Below are positions 1-13,848 of a DNA stretch of 64,000 bases, piece by piece. Both the position numbers and the translations under genes were made by a program. This DNA comes from Octopus vulgaris (Eukaryota). The stretch's first letter is position 1. Each line of letters opens with the position of its first letter. Location of the stretch: NCBI GenBank assembly GCA_951406725.2, contig OX597818.1, positions 27,528,001-27,592,000 on the forward strand, given 5' to 3'. The notes beneath the pieces are model-generated. The model saw only the letters and a program-made list of their open reading frames with translations. It searched no databases and was not told the DNA's origin.

Positions 1-55
1 TAAAGCATTCTCCCCAAACAATAAATATGCTTGTTTTATATTTAATTTCTTGAAG

Positions 56-115
56 CTGTGGAAGATTATTATGTTGAAGTCAGTGAGTTGAAATATGCGT
101 GTATGAAACACCCTG
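56..115 (+). CDS. Candidate internal coding exon of an unidentified host gene (xVEDYYVEVSELKYACMKHP)
   Basis: T-rich tract and AG at 54-55, GTAAGT donor at 116; open 60-nt phase 1/1 frame; joins in frame to 3634. Confidence 0.55.
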
Positions 116-314
116 GTAAGTATAAACAATATTGGACAGCATGACTTCAGAATAGTGTAAAAATAGAAAGCTAACAGCTATAATCTATATCACTCTCTTC
201 TTCTCCTCCACTGCCTCCCCTCCCCCATCTAACCATCTTCCTTCTCATCCTCCCACCCATTCCTCTTCCTCCCCTTCCCCAACCTTCTTCCTGCTATTGC
301 TGTACCTCTTCCTA

Positions 315-315
315 T

Positions 316-346
<31 letters not shown>

Positions 347-2660
347 AGCAGCAACAACAACAACAACATCGTTTAGCACCTGTTTACCATGCTGGCATGG
401 ATTAGGCGGTGCCACAGGAAGTGGCAAGTCAAAAAGTAGCACCAATTCCTGCTGTCTGCTTTAGCATGGTTTCTATGGCTGGATGCCTTCCTAACACCAA
501 TTACTTTACAAAGTGTGCTGGTTGCTTTTATATAGCACCAGCAGCAGTGAGGTCACCAAGTAACTAGCAAGAAAAGAGCTCTCACCTGAGGGTGGGAGGA
601 TTATTGAGGGACAGAAAAATGAGTCATGCATTAGAGAAGAAATGTGACTATCTCAGGTAGGGTTTGAGTGGAGAGGGAAAGGAGAGAGAGAAGATGAAGA
701 TGTGATGATGAGTGGATTGGAGAAGATGAGTGAGTTCACAAGATTGTGAAAGGCGAGTGGTAGATGGAGAGGGGATGTAATGAGTGGGAATAGTTAGAGG
801 GAGGGGGTATGGCAGGGGATGTTGTGGGAAAGAAATTCAATGGAGACATATTGCATGCAGGTAGGTATGTGAGAGAGAGTGGAAGGGAATGCAATGGGTG
901 GGGTGAGTGGTGGATGATGGGTTAATGGGAAATGTTGGATGATGGTTTGTGTGCATGAGGTGGGGCATAAACATAAAAGAAATGTCTTTAGGACCTCAAT
1001 TTTACTTAGCTGGGTAGGTTTTCTTGAGCACAGCAAATCACTGATAGTCTCTGTCCTTTATGATCTCCTCTGTCATCCCTGGTGAAGATTATTTCTCACT
1101 ATTTTGTCTCATGTCTTCCTGGGTCTACCCCCTTCTACAGGTTCCCTCTGCATTTTGAGATCAGCCCTTCTTTATGCAGCTGTCCTCATCCATATGCATC
1201 CATGACCATAGCAGCACAATCTTCTCTCTTCACTACATCTGATGTCACTTGTACACAATTTTTCTCTTAAAAGATTTACACTTTGTCGAATCTCACACTG
1301 ACATTGCACATCTAACAGAGTTTGCCTGCTTCATTTCTTTCAAGCCCTCACCTGTCCTTGTTAGTCACAACTCATGTTTCACTGCCATATAGCATAGCTG
1401 TCCATACAAATGCTTTATACAATCTGCCTTTCACTCACAGAGAAAAACCCTTTGTTACCAACAACAATAATAACTCTGGACTTTATCCAGCTTGTTCATA
1501 TTCTAGTAACTACACTTAGAGCATTTTTGTCTCCTACCAATTTGGTCATTTATGTAACAGAAACTATTTGATATCTCTAAGGATCTCTCTGGGCATTTGA
1601 GGAAGTCTATTTCCTGTGTATTCTTAGTGTTTATTGTACCTGCACATCTGCCATACACACAGACTACTTCCTCTGTTAACTTACCTCTGATTCCACTGCA
1701 CTTCTAACTTGCAGTAGATACAGTATAGGAAATTTCTAACTACACCTTTTATACATATCCAGTATGACCATTTTCCAGAATATATTAGTAATTTATCTGC
1801 ACTCCTGGTTACTAATATTTTAGTCTTTGCTAAGTTAACTCTAAGGCCATTTTTCACTAAATGCTTCTCCTGCAGTTGCCTTATTAAGAAGATAGCGTTT
1901 GTATCTCATCTATGTCAACTATTTTCTAATTAGTTGAGCTATGACATTCTCAGTGACTTTCATTTCCTGCTCCAGTAATTTGATACCTCTGTAATTACTT
2001 ATCTCTAAGGCATCACATTTACCTTTGTAATAGTTGATTGTAATGCTGCTGCATCAGTTATTGAGTGTGACCCCTTCCTGGACAACCTGATGAACTGAAC
2101 TGGTGACCAGGCCATATCACACACTACCAGATACCTTAAGCATCTTGGTGATAATTCTTGATAGACCAAGGGCTTTCCCTATTTTTATATCCTTAATTGC
2201 TTTACCTATCATGCTGCTTTCAACTCAGATAGCTAGCCCCTCTGTTGGACTCAGTTTAAGAAGATTCTCCCAGGCATTCTCCACATTTAGTGACACTTCA
2301 TTTTCTTTGAAAATTCTCTAAGTGCAAGTGTACCATCATCCATGCAGACACATTTCTCTCCTACAACATCATGATTTTCTCTGACACTGTCCAGTAATCC
2401 AAAACACCACACACCGCTTGCCCTTGCAGTGCAGAACACTGGCAAATGTCTTCCTTTCTACTTTTCCCCTAGCTAAATATACTCATCACTTAGCTTCCCT
2501 TCTAGCTACCTTGTATACTTATCTGCTATTCCCACTCTTCCAATCCTTTCAGGCCTGTTTCTTTATGCTTATACTTCTACTTCATTGTTCCACCACCATG
2601 TCACCCTAGGTCTGGTTGTAACTTTGCACCAGCTATAAATTTGGTCTATGGACCTCAATA
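315..2660 (-). mobile_element. Degraded RTE-clade LINE (3' tail 315-590, RT region about 1040-2660) with an intervening GA-rich block
   Basis: Resembles the better-preserved copy at 34895-38010 (NYRGIKLL, GDALD, IDANAIFLIRQLQEKHL remnants); (GAT)n tail on the minus strand. Confidence 0.75.
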
Positions 2661-3633
2661 AGTTGCCCCATAGGAACATGTGCATATGTGTGTGTGCATT
2701 TGAGCCTATTTTATTAGTATTTATTATTAGTGTCAACACACTACTGACATATTTTAAATGTTATTTATAACCATTGTTATTTATTCTTGTTTTACTTTTT
2801 TTTAAAGTCGTGGATGTTGCTTATGTTAATCTTCCAAGGAGACCTAATGTTAACTATATAAGCAATCTTTTATTAAAATTACTTTCATTAAAGCAAGAGT
2901 TAGAAAACATTTTGACTCATTATTTGTTTGAATAGAATATACAGCTTAATAACATATGTATTCATGTATTTAAAGAAGTCCCTTAAAATATTAAAATTTC
3001 ATTGCTTGTATAAGCTACTTCTTGCAAACATTCATATATAACTATGCTTTTGCACTTTTATTAATCCTTACTAACAGTCTAGTTCATTAATATATTTTTT
3101 GTAACCTTTATTTATACAAAGAAACAAAAAAATGATAAAATTAGTTCTGAGTTATTAGACATGAGACACTAAGTATAAAGTTGGTTTGCAATGGCGAATA
3201 TTTCACACCTTGATCAGCTATTGTTGTTGAATACCCACAATCAGTCCTGCTTATAGATACCTTTGGAATGAAAATAATATTGGAGTGAATAGTTTCTCTT
3301 AATCTAATGTTACTACCTTTAAATATCAATAAAATATTTGAGTAACAGAAATAGTAGAATGCCAAATTAAATACTTGGCATTATTAAATTTAGTCCCACT
3401 GCATTCTGAGCTCAAATTCCATTGATGTCAATTTTGTCTTTAATTTTTCTATGATCAACACAATAAATATCAATGGTCTACTAAATTATTTTGTCTAATT
3501 TGTATCCACTGAAAAAAATCACTATTTTTAATGCTGTTTATGTAATTGCTTTTCTTTTTGTTAAGCTTTGTATTAATGTATATATTATATATATTCTATA
3601 TCTATACTCAACTGTTTTACTTGACATGTCTAG

Positions 3634-3689
3634 ACACTGTAAATGGTAGCCTGAATAACATTTATGAAAACAACAATCAAAGGAATGAG
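3634..3689 (+). CDS. Candidate internal coding exon (DTVNGSLNNIYENNNQRNE)
   Basis: TAG acceptor 3631-3633, GAG|GTAAAT donor at 3690; phase 1 in and phase 0 out, matching both neighbours. Confidence 0.5.
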
Positions 3690-4342
3690 GTAAATACATG
3701 TGTTTTTTATTACCTTTTTATGTCTTGCTTTCTTGAAAGTAGATAGTGTCAGAATAGTTGGGATATGATTAAGTTGTTCCTTCATAGATTACTTTCTTAA
3801 ATATAGTATTTATTTATTAACATTGTTTTGAACTAATCATACATTATCTTATAGTTTTGAGATTTTGGTGATGTGATTGTATATTTTTAGAATGACATTA
3901 TTGGGTAGGTATGAGAGACTGGAGCTGATCATTTTGAGTATAAAACATGATATGGTTGGTTTGAATATTAAAGTTTGATTTACTGTATTTGAAATCAAAC
4001 TGTGTTTTATTGATTTTTCTTCTTCCATGGTATTTTTTTTGATGATGATGTCATGTATTAAAAAAAACATGTTTCTAATATGTTTTAAAAGTATTCATAA
4101 AATATACTTAACTATAGACATATATTAACATTTTCTTACCTTCTTTTTAATGTATTCTAGACTAACTATATCCATTTGCAGAACAACTGTTTATAAAACT
4201 AAGCAAACTAAAAGTAATAGCAAGCTAAAACTTAAGCCTATGGAAAAAGAAATTGTTTATAATTATTATTGATGTTACATACTTACTAACATACTTAATG
4301 TATGCGTTTCGTATAAAGACTTTTAAGCTGTGATATTCTGTC

Positions 4343-4800
4343 AAGGGAAATTTCCTTTAAGACATAGTGTTAAGAAACATATCAAAATCAGGTGAAAGGA
4401 ATCCCCACCATAGTTGAATGAGAATGACAGATATTGATATTTCGCTGTTGTTTCAGCTCATTGGTGTCATATACTTGTGCTACCTTCAAAATTCAAATCA
4501 CTGGTCTCATGTATATGCAAATAGTGTGAAATCTAAGTAAAACAAAATTTTTGAGTTAGATGTAACACTGTGTGGCACTGTTGCACATCAGCTGATATAT
4601 TTTGTGCCATTTGCATATACATCAGACCAGCGATTTCAATTCATTTTGAGGGTGACTCAAATATATGGTATGGATATGGATAAGCCAAAATAACAACAAA
4701 ATATCACTATCTGTTGTTCCCATTTAACTATGGGGCATTTTGCCTGGTTTTGAGGTGTACAGTGTATTTTAACACTCTACATCTTAAAGGGACTTTCCTT
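4343..4800. mobile_element. Degenerate palindromic MITE-like element
   Basis: Imperfect inverted arms: aagggaaatttcctttaaga / tcttaaagggactttcctt; aaatcactggtctcatgtatatgcaaat / atttgcatatacatcagaccagcgattt. Confidence 0.6.
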
Positions 4801-4881
4801 AGATGAAATACCACAACCTAAAAGCATTTAAACAAAATGCATACATTAAGTATTCTCAAGATTTAATTTATATGATTTCAT

Positions 4882-5134
4882 ACCTATGGCACGTAAAAAG
4901 GACCATTCAAGCATGGTCGATGTCAGTGCCACCTGACTGGCTCCCATGCTGGTGGCATCTAAAATGCACCCTCAACACTCTCGGAGTGGTTGGTGTTAGG
5001 AAGGACATCCAGCTGTAGAAACCTTGCCACATCAGATTGGAGCCTGGTGCAACCTCCTGGCTTACCAGTCTTCAGTCAAACTGTCCAACCCACGCTAGCA
5101 TGGAAAGTAACATTAAACGATGGTGATGATGATG
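4882..5134 (+). mobile_element. RTE 3'-UTR/SINE-tail copy with (GAT)n end
   Basis: Same GGAGTGGTTGG..TTAGGAAGG.CATCCAGCTGTAGAAAC..CAGCATGGAAAG motif as the other RTE tails; 10-bp TSD ATGATTTCAT at 4872-4881 and 5135-5144. Confidence 0.8.
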
Positions 5135-5836
5135 ATGATTTCATTGAACTGTATATAATGAATAAATAATTTAGTTTCTTTTTAACCTTTTCTTAGTTAA
5201 GGTGATATATGTATGAGGTGGTATCAAAAAGTATACTTGAATGTTATGTATAAATTATATACAATATTCTTGAATGCATTTCTTCAGAATCACTGTGAAA
5301 CAATGTGGTGACTGAAGAGCAGGCAAGAGGAAAGAAAAGAGTCTTTTTTGTTGAGGATCTTACTACTACTTCTACCACTACCACTACTATGATCTCACAG
5401 TTTTTATTTTCCATATTCTCTTGTTCATCCTCATATATCAGATTCTGCTTTCCAATTTTTTTATGGATGGGGTAGCAGACACATTATGCTGCAGTTTAAT
5501 GTCACCTAGATGACATCTGGCCCTTGGGTGTCAAAGCAGAGTTCACACTGTTGCAAACATTTAGATCAGATTTTTATCCCAGGAATTTGTGTGATCCTTT
5601 CACACTTCATCACCTACTATCTTTCTCTCAATACCAAAAATTAGATCCGAATCCTTTGATCAATTCTTTCTCCACTTTCCTCTCCAACCTAGAATCTACA
5701 TAACACATCTTACACACAAACCACACTACTTATTTCTCTCTATGATGCAAATTTTTCAACACCTATTTACAACCCAATTCCATTTTCCACATTACATTCT
5801 TCTCCAGCTTCACTCAACAATAAAGTAGCTGTACAC

Positions 5837-6631
5837 ACAAGGTGCATTGCAGAAAGTTTGATACTTTCTAAGGAGAGAGAGAGTTATAACTATTCATGAT
5901 TATTGTAAATTTAGTATATCCTTACTATATATATATTAGACTGACCTCTCAACTTTTGTTATTCCAGATTGAAGGAGATGGCTATAACAGCACTTTGAAT
6001 ACATCCTACTAAACACTGCATGTCACTGCTGACTAGTTTGTAGAATGCAGTTGGGACATGAGGACAATCTGGAAGCTTACTATATTATAGAGTTTTGCGT
6101 TAAACTGGGCAAAAATGCTACAGAAACTTATGAAATGTACCAGCCTGCTTATGGATTAATTTATATGAATCAAGCATCTGTTTTTTTGCTGGCACAAGTA
6201 CTATGCAAAGCAAGTCCACTGGGAAGCTCATGATGATCCCCTTTTTTGATAGTAAGGTCATCACCTACATCCACTGAGTTCTATCTGGCCAGATGGTTTA
6301 CAAAGAGTGGAAGTTTATGAGGGAGTTCAAGGAGAGATTTCATCATAAAAGGCCTTAGCACCTGCATCAGGACAATTCACCAGTCCACAATTCCATCTTG
6401 GTAATCAATACTTGACAGAGATGGGCATCAAAGCGATCCCTCACCTGTCCTGGATACTCTCACTTTGAAGGACTTCCATAGGACCTTCACAAAGTGGTTG
6501 GAACACTAACTATAATAAGCACATTGATGTCAGAGGATCCTACTTTGAAGGAGATTACAGTTTTGTACTTCTTTGAAATTAATAAATGTCTCTCCTGAAA
6601 AAGCCCCAAAACATCTGGAATGCACTTTGTA
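5837..6631 (+). mobile_element. Decayed, internally deleted mariner transposon
   Basis: TIRs ACAAGGTGCATT / AATGCACTTTG-TA; HTH remnant IEFCVKLGKNATETYEM; catalytic-region remnant HQDNSPVH. Confidence 0.8.
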
Positions 6632-7905
6632 GATTCTGCTCTCCGTGTGTCTTACCTCTCTCATGTGTATTTCTGCAATAATTATGTCCAACTTCTCTAG
6701 CTTTAAGTTTTCCTCCCTCATTCCCACAAATACATCTCTTCCTTCTATCACTTTCTGGACTTCTTAAAACATCTGTAACTCTTTGGCCATAATTTTTCCT
6801 ACATTGAGAACATTTATCTCAACTCTCTCCTCTCAAATTCATTATCCTCAATGACTTCAATGTTCTCAAATGCACAAGCTTTCACACTAATCCCATGCTG
6901 ACTTGACTCCTAAGCTGTAGTATAGGTGTTAATGCACCATGAAGTCATGAGAGAGAGGTTTAATTCTCATCATTTTTTTCACCTTCGTATATCTTTTTTG
7001 TTTGCATCAATAATTAATTTATAATGCACAAATAGGTTCTATATTCAAATCTACGCTGAGTGTGTGTGTGTGTGTGCATATATGTGTACGTGTGTGTGTG
7101 TGTGTGTGCACATATGTGTGTGCGCATGCGTGCGTGTGTGTGTGTGAATAAGCTACCACTTGGAATGTAATAAATATCAATTGTAACATGCTGGTGATAG
7201 GGTAATCATACCACTGTTTACCACTGTTGATTGAATGTTAGATATTCATTACAGTCAAAGACATTATCATTTGCTAAACATCCACTCTTCATTTACTGGT
7301 CACTAACTTGGAAACAAGGGTTCAATTTTAGACTCTGATTTTATACAAAATGTATAGCAATTGTAAATAAAAATAAGGTACCTGAGAATATGTGACAGAC
7401 TCTCTTTTGGTCATAAAAGCTTAATGTTTTAGCAAGACTTTATGCTAAATCTTTAGAATTTATTGCCCTTATCAATCCACATTTACATTATTGTAACTTA
7501 TGGCAATTTTTACATCTTTTAAATGTAATCTCTAAGATCATCATTCAAAGTTTTTTCTTTATCCTTATGAAGAGATCTATGCATATAAGATATCAATTTG
7601 AGCACTTAATTTCGAAGTTACACTCGTTCATGTATTTTAAGCAAGTATGGTCTAATATTTAATTGGAGAGTATTGTAGTTTGTTGAAAGCATCATGTATT
7701 GTTTATGAAATATAATGTATCTTGACTGGCACAGCAATGCTGTGAAGTGATGAATTCCTAGCAATATCTAATACTTAAATATTTTTCTGTAAAGCAGAAA
7801 TTATTTTGTAATTATTTTTACAAAGACCAAGCATCAAATAACTATTCAAGAGATCAGGATCTCATGATAGCATTTCATGTACATTTTTATTCTTTTATTT
7901 TTTAG

Positions 7906-7989
7906 ATTACCAGTGAAGGTCCATGTTCTTCAGATGAACAAAAGGAACTTAGAACCTGTAATATAATAACACCTTCTAGAACTGAATGA
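7906..7989 (+). CDS. Candidate terminal coding exon (ITSEGPCSSDEQKELRTCNIITPSRTE*)
   Basis: Strong polypyrimidine tract and TAG at 7903-7905; phase 0; TGA at 7987-7989; followed by long T-rich 3'UTR-like sequence with AATAAA near 10679 and 10938. Confidence 0.55.
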   Translation: MTSEGPCSSDEQKELRTCNIITPSRTE

Positions 7990-9379
7990 AACCTTGTGAG
8001 CAACCTAAGTCAGTCTCATTGTCATCATTTCATGGAACACTTTTTACAAGCACTACAGATTTGAACTAAATATCTGATACTACCAAACACTATTGATCTC
8101 TGTTATATGCTGAATTGCATCATTGTTTTTGTATTCACTGCATTGACAAATTTTCGATTGATTTTTAATTGTTATAAATGTCTATCTATAACTAAACATT
8201 TGCATAAATGAAGTAAACCAGTTAAATTTTGATATTTCTTTTCTCATACATGAGTCATCATCGAGTAAAACACTATGGATAATTAGTAACATGGCTGTGA
8301 CTGCATGATCAAAATTTGTGATGTTTGTTCTATATATACTTTCTGTTATTTTACTTCATTGTGATCTGTGTATTTTGATTTCCTTCTATCACATTTAAAT
8401 ATACATAAATTCAGAATTATAGTCCATGGCATTATTTAAATTCAAATTTTATGTTTTTAGCCCTTTTGAATCTTGAGTCGGCTTTTTTTTAAATACTCAA
8501 ATTATATATACCAGAGTTAATTTTTTTTCTTGGTGATTGTGTGGCTATATTTTTTGATATCCACGTGTAATCATTCTTTCAATACATGGAATTCTCCCAG
8601 CAACAAGACATGTTGGAAGTTTTCCAACTATGCTTACATACAGAAAGCATAAAATTAAAGATCTTATTTCATTCCTTCTCTTGGAAGCATTGAATACGCA
8701 ATACCTAGTTTATTACTTTTGTTATTTTATCTCTTCTCTCTATACATTTTAAATTCTATTCTGATTTTTAGACATGAGCTTTGCAGCTATGTTATTAGCT
8801 GTAGGTCAGGCCTGATTGAGCTGACCTGTGATTGGTGTTTGGTTATGATCATCCCATTTTTTCAGAATTATATTAAGGTGTATATTATCATTCCTTGAGA
8901 ACAGTTATCACATGGTTCCTGTAAAAGTGCTTGATTATTCTAATCGTAAATAATTCCCTGAAATATTTAATTTGTTACCAAGTCATTGTCGTCGTCACTG
9001 TCATTTAACATCTGCCTTTATGCTGGTGTGGGTTGGATAGTTCTGTTTAACAATTCAAAAATATGTGCTATCTTGTGCATTTTAGATAATAATCATTTCT
9101 TCACTATTTCAGCAAGTACTGTCAAGGCTAGGCTTTGCTGATAAGGTCAGAATAAAACTAAAACCTGTTCAGAGTTGATGAAAACATCAAAATATTAATC
9201 AGTGATTAATATCATGATGTTTTTCTAGTTACTTATTTATTTCTAGTTCATTTTAAAATTATTCATGCATTAAATATGTTGCTACTAGCTTCTCTTTGTT
9301 TAGGGAAACAGATCAGTCAAAACTCCCTTCCATATGTAGAAAAGTGTCAGGCGAAACTCCATATGGTGTACCTAGTGCA

Positions 9380-10370
9380 AGCTTTGGATACATAAAAGGT
9401 GGATTGGTATTACTGGAAGATATAGAGAGAAAGTAATTTTTACATGTGGAAGATGTGTAGGTACAGTAAACACCAAAAATGTACAAAAAAATAGACTCCC
9501 TCAAATTTCTGGCAGGGATCCTTAGAAGTAATAGATAGTTTCTGTTACTTAGGTGACCAAGTTAGCAGTGGTGGAGGTTGTTCTGAAAGCATAGCTGCTA
9601 GAATAAGAATAGGCTGGGCAAAGTTCAGAGAGTTACTACCTGTATTAGTAATTAAGGTCCTCTTACTCAGAGTTAAAGGCAGATTTTATTATGCCTGTGT
9701 ATGAACAGACAGTGAAACATGGGCTGTGACTGCTGAGGACATGCAAAGGCTTGAAAGAAATGATGAATGGGTAATATCAGTGTCCATTTATGATAGAGTG
9801 TAAGTGGCTGGAGAGAAAAACAGGATATGCAGGACATCAAATGTAGTGTGTAAGACTGTGCTGGTGCAGTCTTGTAATGCATATGAGTGAGGACAGTTGC
9901 ATGAAAAGGTGCTGTTTCCTAATTGTAGAGGGAAAATGTAGAAGAGGTAGACCCAGGAAGTGTTGAAAAAGGATCTCCAGATGTTGGGCCTCACAGAGAG
10001 TATGATAGGGGACCAAGACTTCTGGTAGTTTGCTGTGCTTGAGAAGACAAATCAAGTTAAGTAAAACCACTGTTGTTCTTGCATACAGGCATGTCCCCTG
10101 CATCTCTCTTCAGTGGAACATTCCTAATCTTGCAGGCTTGTGGGTGCTAATGCTACATAAAAAAGTATCCATGCCATTTCCATGTAAAAGCACATGTGCT
10201 GCATAAAAGCATCCACTAGTCTCTTTAAAGTAGTTGGCATTATGAAGGGTATCCAGTCGTAGAAACCATACCAAAACAGACATGGTGCCTGGGCAGCTGT
10301 CCAGCTGACCAGCTCCTGGCAAACCATCCAATCCATGCCAGCATGGAAAATAGACTTTAAATGATGATGA
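9380..10370 (+). mobile_element. 5'-truncated RTE LINE fragment
   Basis: YLGDQVSSGGGCSESIAARIRIGWAKFRELLP motif and a (GAT)n tail. Confidence 0.85.
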
Positions 10371-11357
10371 AACTATCTAACAGAATTTGCTTTCAATTAG
10401 CTTCATATCCTAATTTGTTTAATTTCTTTTTGTAATATTACAAAAGAATGTAGATACTGGCTTTTCAAGAAGGATTAATTACTTTTTATCATAATTTGAC
10501 CAATTCATCTTCTGTTTGTGTGTATATTTTTTGTGTATGCATGTAAATATGTGTAAAACGGGTTTAAAATAGGGTATAAATTGAAAATTCTAAATGTGAT
10601 TTTTTCATAAGACATAAGTTTCAGTATGAGTTTTCTGTTCACATTATATTTTACGTTGTATTGTTTTCTTTTCTAGAAAATAAATTTTTTCTTCATTTTC
10701 ACATCCATTTTTTTCATACAGAGTTATGAGCCTTACATATGGATATGAGTATGTCTGCAGTAAGATTTTAATTTATGACTAAGTGGTCACAACTTAAGAA
10801 CATTTTACATTATGTGTATTTTTCACTGTATTTCCTAGCTTTAATTTTGTTTAACAATTTTATTATTGCTATAGTTTTAATGGTAAACAAAGCTCAATTA
10901 TACTTTTTAAAATATTTTATCTTCTGTTTACCTTTTCAATAAAATTTAATTTGACTCTTTTTTTAAGATATATAAAAACTTTCCAATCTAAGTTGTAAGA
11001 ACAGCTATGTGTTAAAAAACTAAACTTACAGTTTGTACAAATAGCTATCCAGATCAAGTAGTGTTCATATTGAATAAATGAACTGTTATATGAATGACAT
11101 ATTCATATAGTTTAGTTAGGATGTAGGCTCTCTAAACTTGCAAAATTAATGAATTTATATAAACTTGCAAAATTAATGAGTCCAATAATAGAGCAATCAA
11201 CAATTATCTGTCGCAGACATGTAGTAAAAGAAACTATGGTTCCAAGAAATAACTATTTTGTGAAAACAAAAAATTGTCTTGTTCCTATGGATGTAAGAAT
11301 AGAAATGAGAAAATGCAGTGGGAAAGGAATGAGGTGGGAGGAAATAACTGGATGATT

Positions 11358-11597
11358 ATATTTACATTATTTACATTTGACGATAATTGTCCTCTTCTTG
11401 TTTGTTGTTAACACAACAGTTCAGTTGATAAACCCTCCAGCCTTCATCAGGTGTGTTGGGGAAATTTTGAACCTGGGTTCTCATTCCCCAAGACACCTGA
11501 TGAAGGCTGGAGGGTATATCAACTGAAACATTGTGTTAACAACAAGCAAGATGAGGACAATTATCTGTCAAATGTAAATAATGTAAATATAGAACTG
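11358..11597. mobile_element. Palindromic PLE-tail element with hammerhead-like motifs on both strands
   Basis: Inverted arms about 11358-11461 and 11484-11590; GACAC-CTGATGA-A-GGCTG..CAACT-GAAA-CATT-GTGTT at 11492-11537; same family as 54150-54320. Confidence 0.75.
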
Positions 11598-11739
11598 ATT
11601 ATATTCAGTTGAAGGATTTCCCTCTTCATAGGCACCACTCCCCTTGCTCCTCTGATTCAGTTATAAAAACACACACTATTCATACCAACACATTCCATTG
11701 TGTTGACATTGTAATCAATCTAATACTATTATTGTTATT

Positions 11740-11945
11740 GACAGTGAGATGCAAAGCTAGCAGAAATAGTTAGCAAAATTTCTTCTAGTTTCATGTCCTG
11801 AGTTCAAATTCTGCTGAGATTGGATTTGTCTTCCATCCTTTTGAGATTGATAAAATAAATACCAGTTGAGCATTGGGGTTGATGTAATTGACAAGTTCCC
11901 TCCTATCTAAATTACTGGCCTTGTACCAAAATTAGAAAGAATTAT
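11740..11945 (+). mobile_element. tRNA-derived SINE (Nin-domain-like)
   Basis: B-box GAGTTCAAATTC and the motif TTCCATCCTTTTGAGATTGATAAAATAAATACCAG; related fragments near 3400, 12240 and 12460. Confidence 0.65.
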
Positions 11946-12679
11946 TGTTAAATATCACATACTTACAAACACCAAAAATTGTCTTAATTCAAAAAGTCAT
12001 GTCACTTTGTTAACGACCAGCTTGAACTTCTATGAAGAAGAATGTAAATAAATCTTAGAGAAAACACAAACAGTATTTTTAGCTGGAAGCAAATTATTCA
12101 AAATTGCGAGTTATATTCAAAAGGTAACAGTATCTTCAGTCAACCTTAAAAATTTCCACCAATAAAAATGTTGGACAGAATATGGTCACTTGTTTGGCTC
12201 ACAGGAATCTCACATTTGTATAATGTTTATATAGATCGCGGCAAGGGCAGCAAGCTGCCAGAATCATTGGCACGTTGGACAATATAGTTAGTGGTTTTTA
12301 TAACAACTTTATGCCTTGAATTAAAATGCCACTGTGGCCATCCATTCTTTTAGAATCATGTCAAGGAATATATCATCCATTATTAAGGTTGTTATTGTTT
12401 GTGATTGTTATTGCTCCTACAAAAGTGTTTGAATGTTCTTGTCTTAAATAATTCCCTTACTATTCATCTATTCGGGGGTCGACAAAATAAAATATCAGTC
12501 AAATATTGAGCTTGATATAATGAATTCGCTTGCTAATCCTAAAAGCTACTGGCCTAGAGTTCAGATTGGGAATCAATATAGTCCAAGGGCGATCACTCCC
12601 ACAAATTGAAAATTCAAGCAGATAAAATAAGCATCTAAGGGAGGTAATTCGAGGAAATTGCACTCCAATATTTATACTT

Positions 12680-12681
12680 GT

Positions 12682-12734
<53 letters not shown>
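12680..12734. repeat. (CA)n microsatellite
   Basis: Directly visible. Confidence 0.95.
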
Positions 12735-12736
<2 letters not shown>

Positions 12737-13052
12737 AACATTTCAGTTTCAATAATGGAGGATAAAACTTTAAAAAAAATTTGTCAGTGGCCAGCATATA
12801 AAATGAGCATGCTAATAGAAATAAATGAAATATCTATATATACTCACAGGAGTGTTTGTGACTTCTTTGAGTAGTGAAACGATTTAGCATCTATATATAT
12901 ATATAGGGGGAGTTTACGAAAAAAACAAAAGACAAAGACAGGTGGTGTATATATATATATGTGTATATATATTATTCAAAGAAATTCCAACTTTGTTTTT
13001 TATGTTTTATTCATATTCTTTATAACATTAATGTAGAATATAGAATATATAG

Positions 13053-13360
13053 GAGATGTACTTGCATAGCAAGTGATTTGATCTGAGATCGTGTGCTGGA
13101 ACGGAAACAATTGCAGCGTGGAAGGTGTTTGTAAACCATTTAAGAAACACACAAAAGCCGTTCGATTGACTTCAACATTTAAGTTTAATTTGTCAAAATA
13201 TTTTCGTTGCTATAAGACCGCGACCTGTTCACTGACAAAAATCCGTGCTGCGGTCTTATAGCGACGAAAATATTTTGACGAAATTAAACTTAAATGTTGA
13301 AGTGAATTGAACGGCTTTTGCGTGTTTCTTAAATGGCTTACAAACACCTTCCACACTGCA
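13053..13360. mobile_element. Palindromic non-autonomous element with 13-bp TSD
   Basis: Arms about 13110-13221 and 13249-13362; direct repeat ATAGAATATATAG at 13040-13052 and 13361-13373. Confidence 0.75.
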
Positions 13361-13649
13361 ATAGAATATATAGTATAAATAATATATATATATAGTAAAA
13401 TGAAATGAAGTATAGATTGTCTTATTGAATAGATGAAATACTGAATATAAAATATCAAGGGACTAGTATACTTTCTTGCATTATAGCAGTCTTGAAACAC
13501 TCCTGTCACAATCTGGGACCTTGAAGACTATAAATTAAATTAAAACTGAACCCCACTCCCCCATAAGTAAATCTAAATAACAGAAATAATCAGTGATAAG
13601 CAGTGTCTTTTTTGAAAAAATCTCAGTTGCAACTGTGATGTTGTTGGTA

Positions 13650-13848
13650 AAACATGTTCTTTGTCTATCTCCTTATTCTCTTGATGATTTTGGATAAAAT
13701 TATACAAATGAGTCCTTCGAATTTAACTAGATTCTATATTTTTATGCAGCTGAAGCTTGCTCTACATTTTAAATTAATGTAACGTTTCCATTGTTCAATT
13801 AAATGGAGTCACATGAAACGACTAGATATCCTTGTTGCTTATTTTGAT

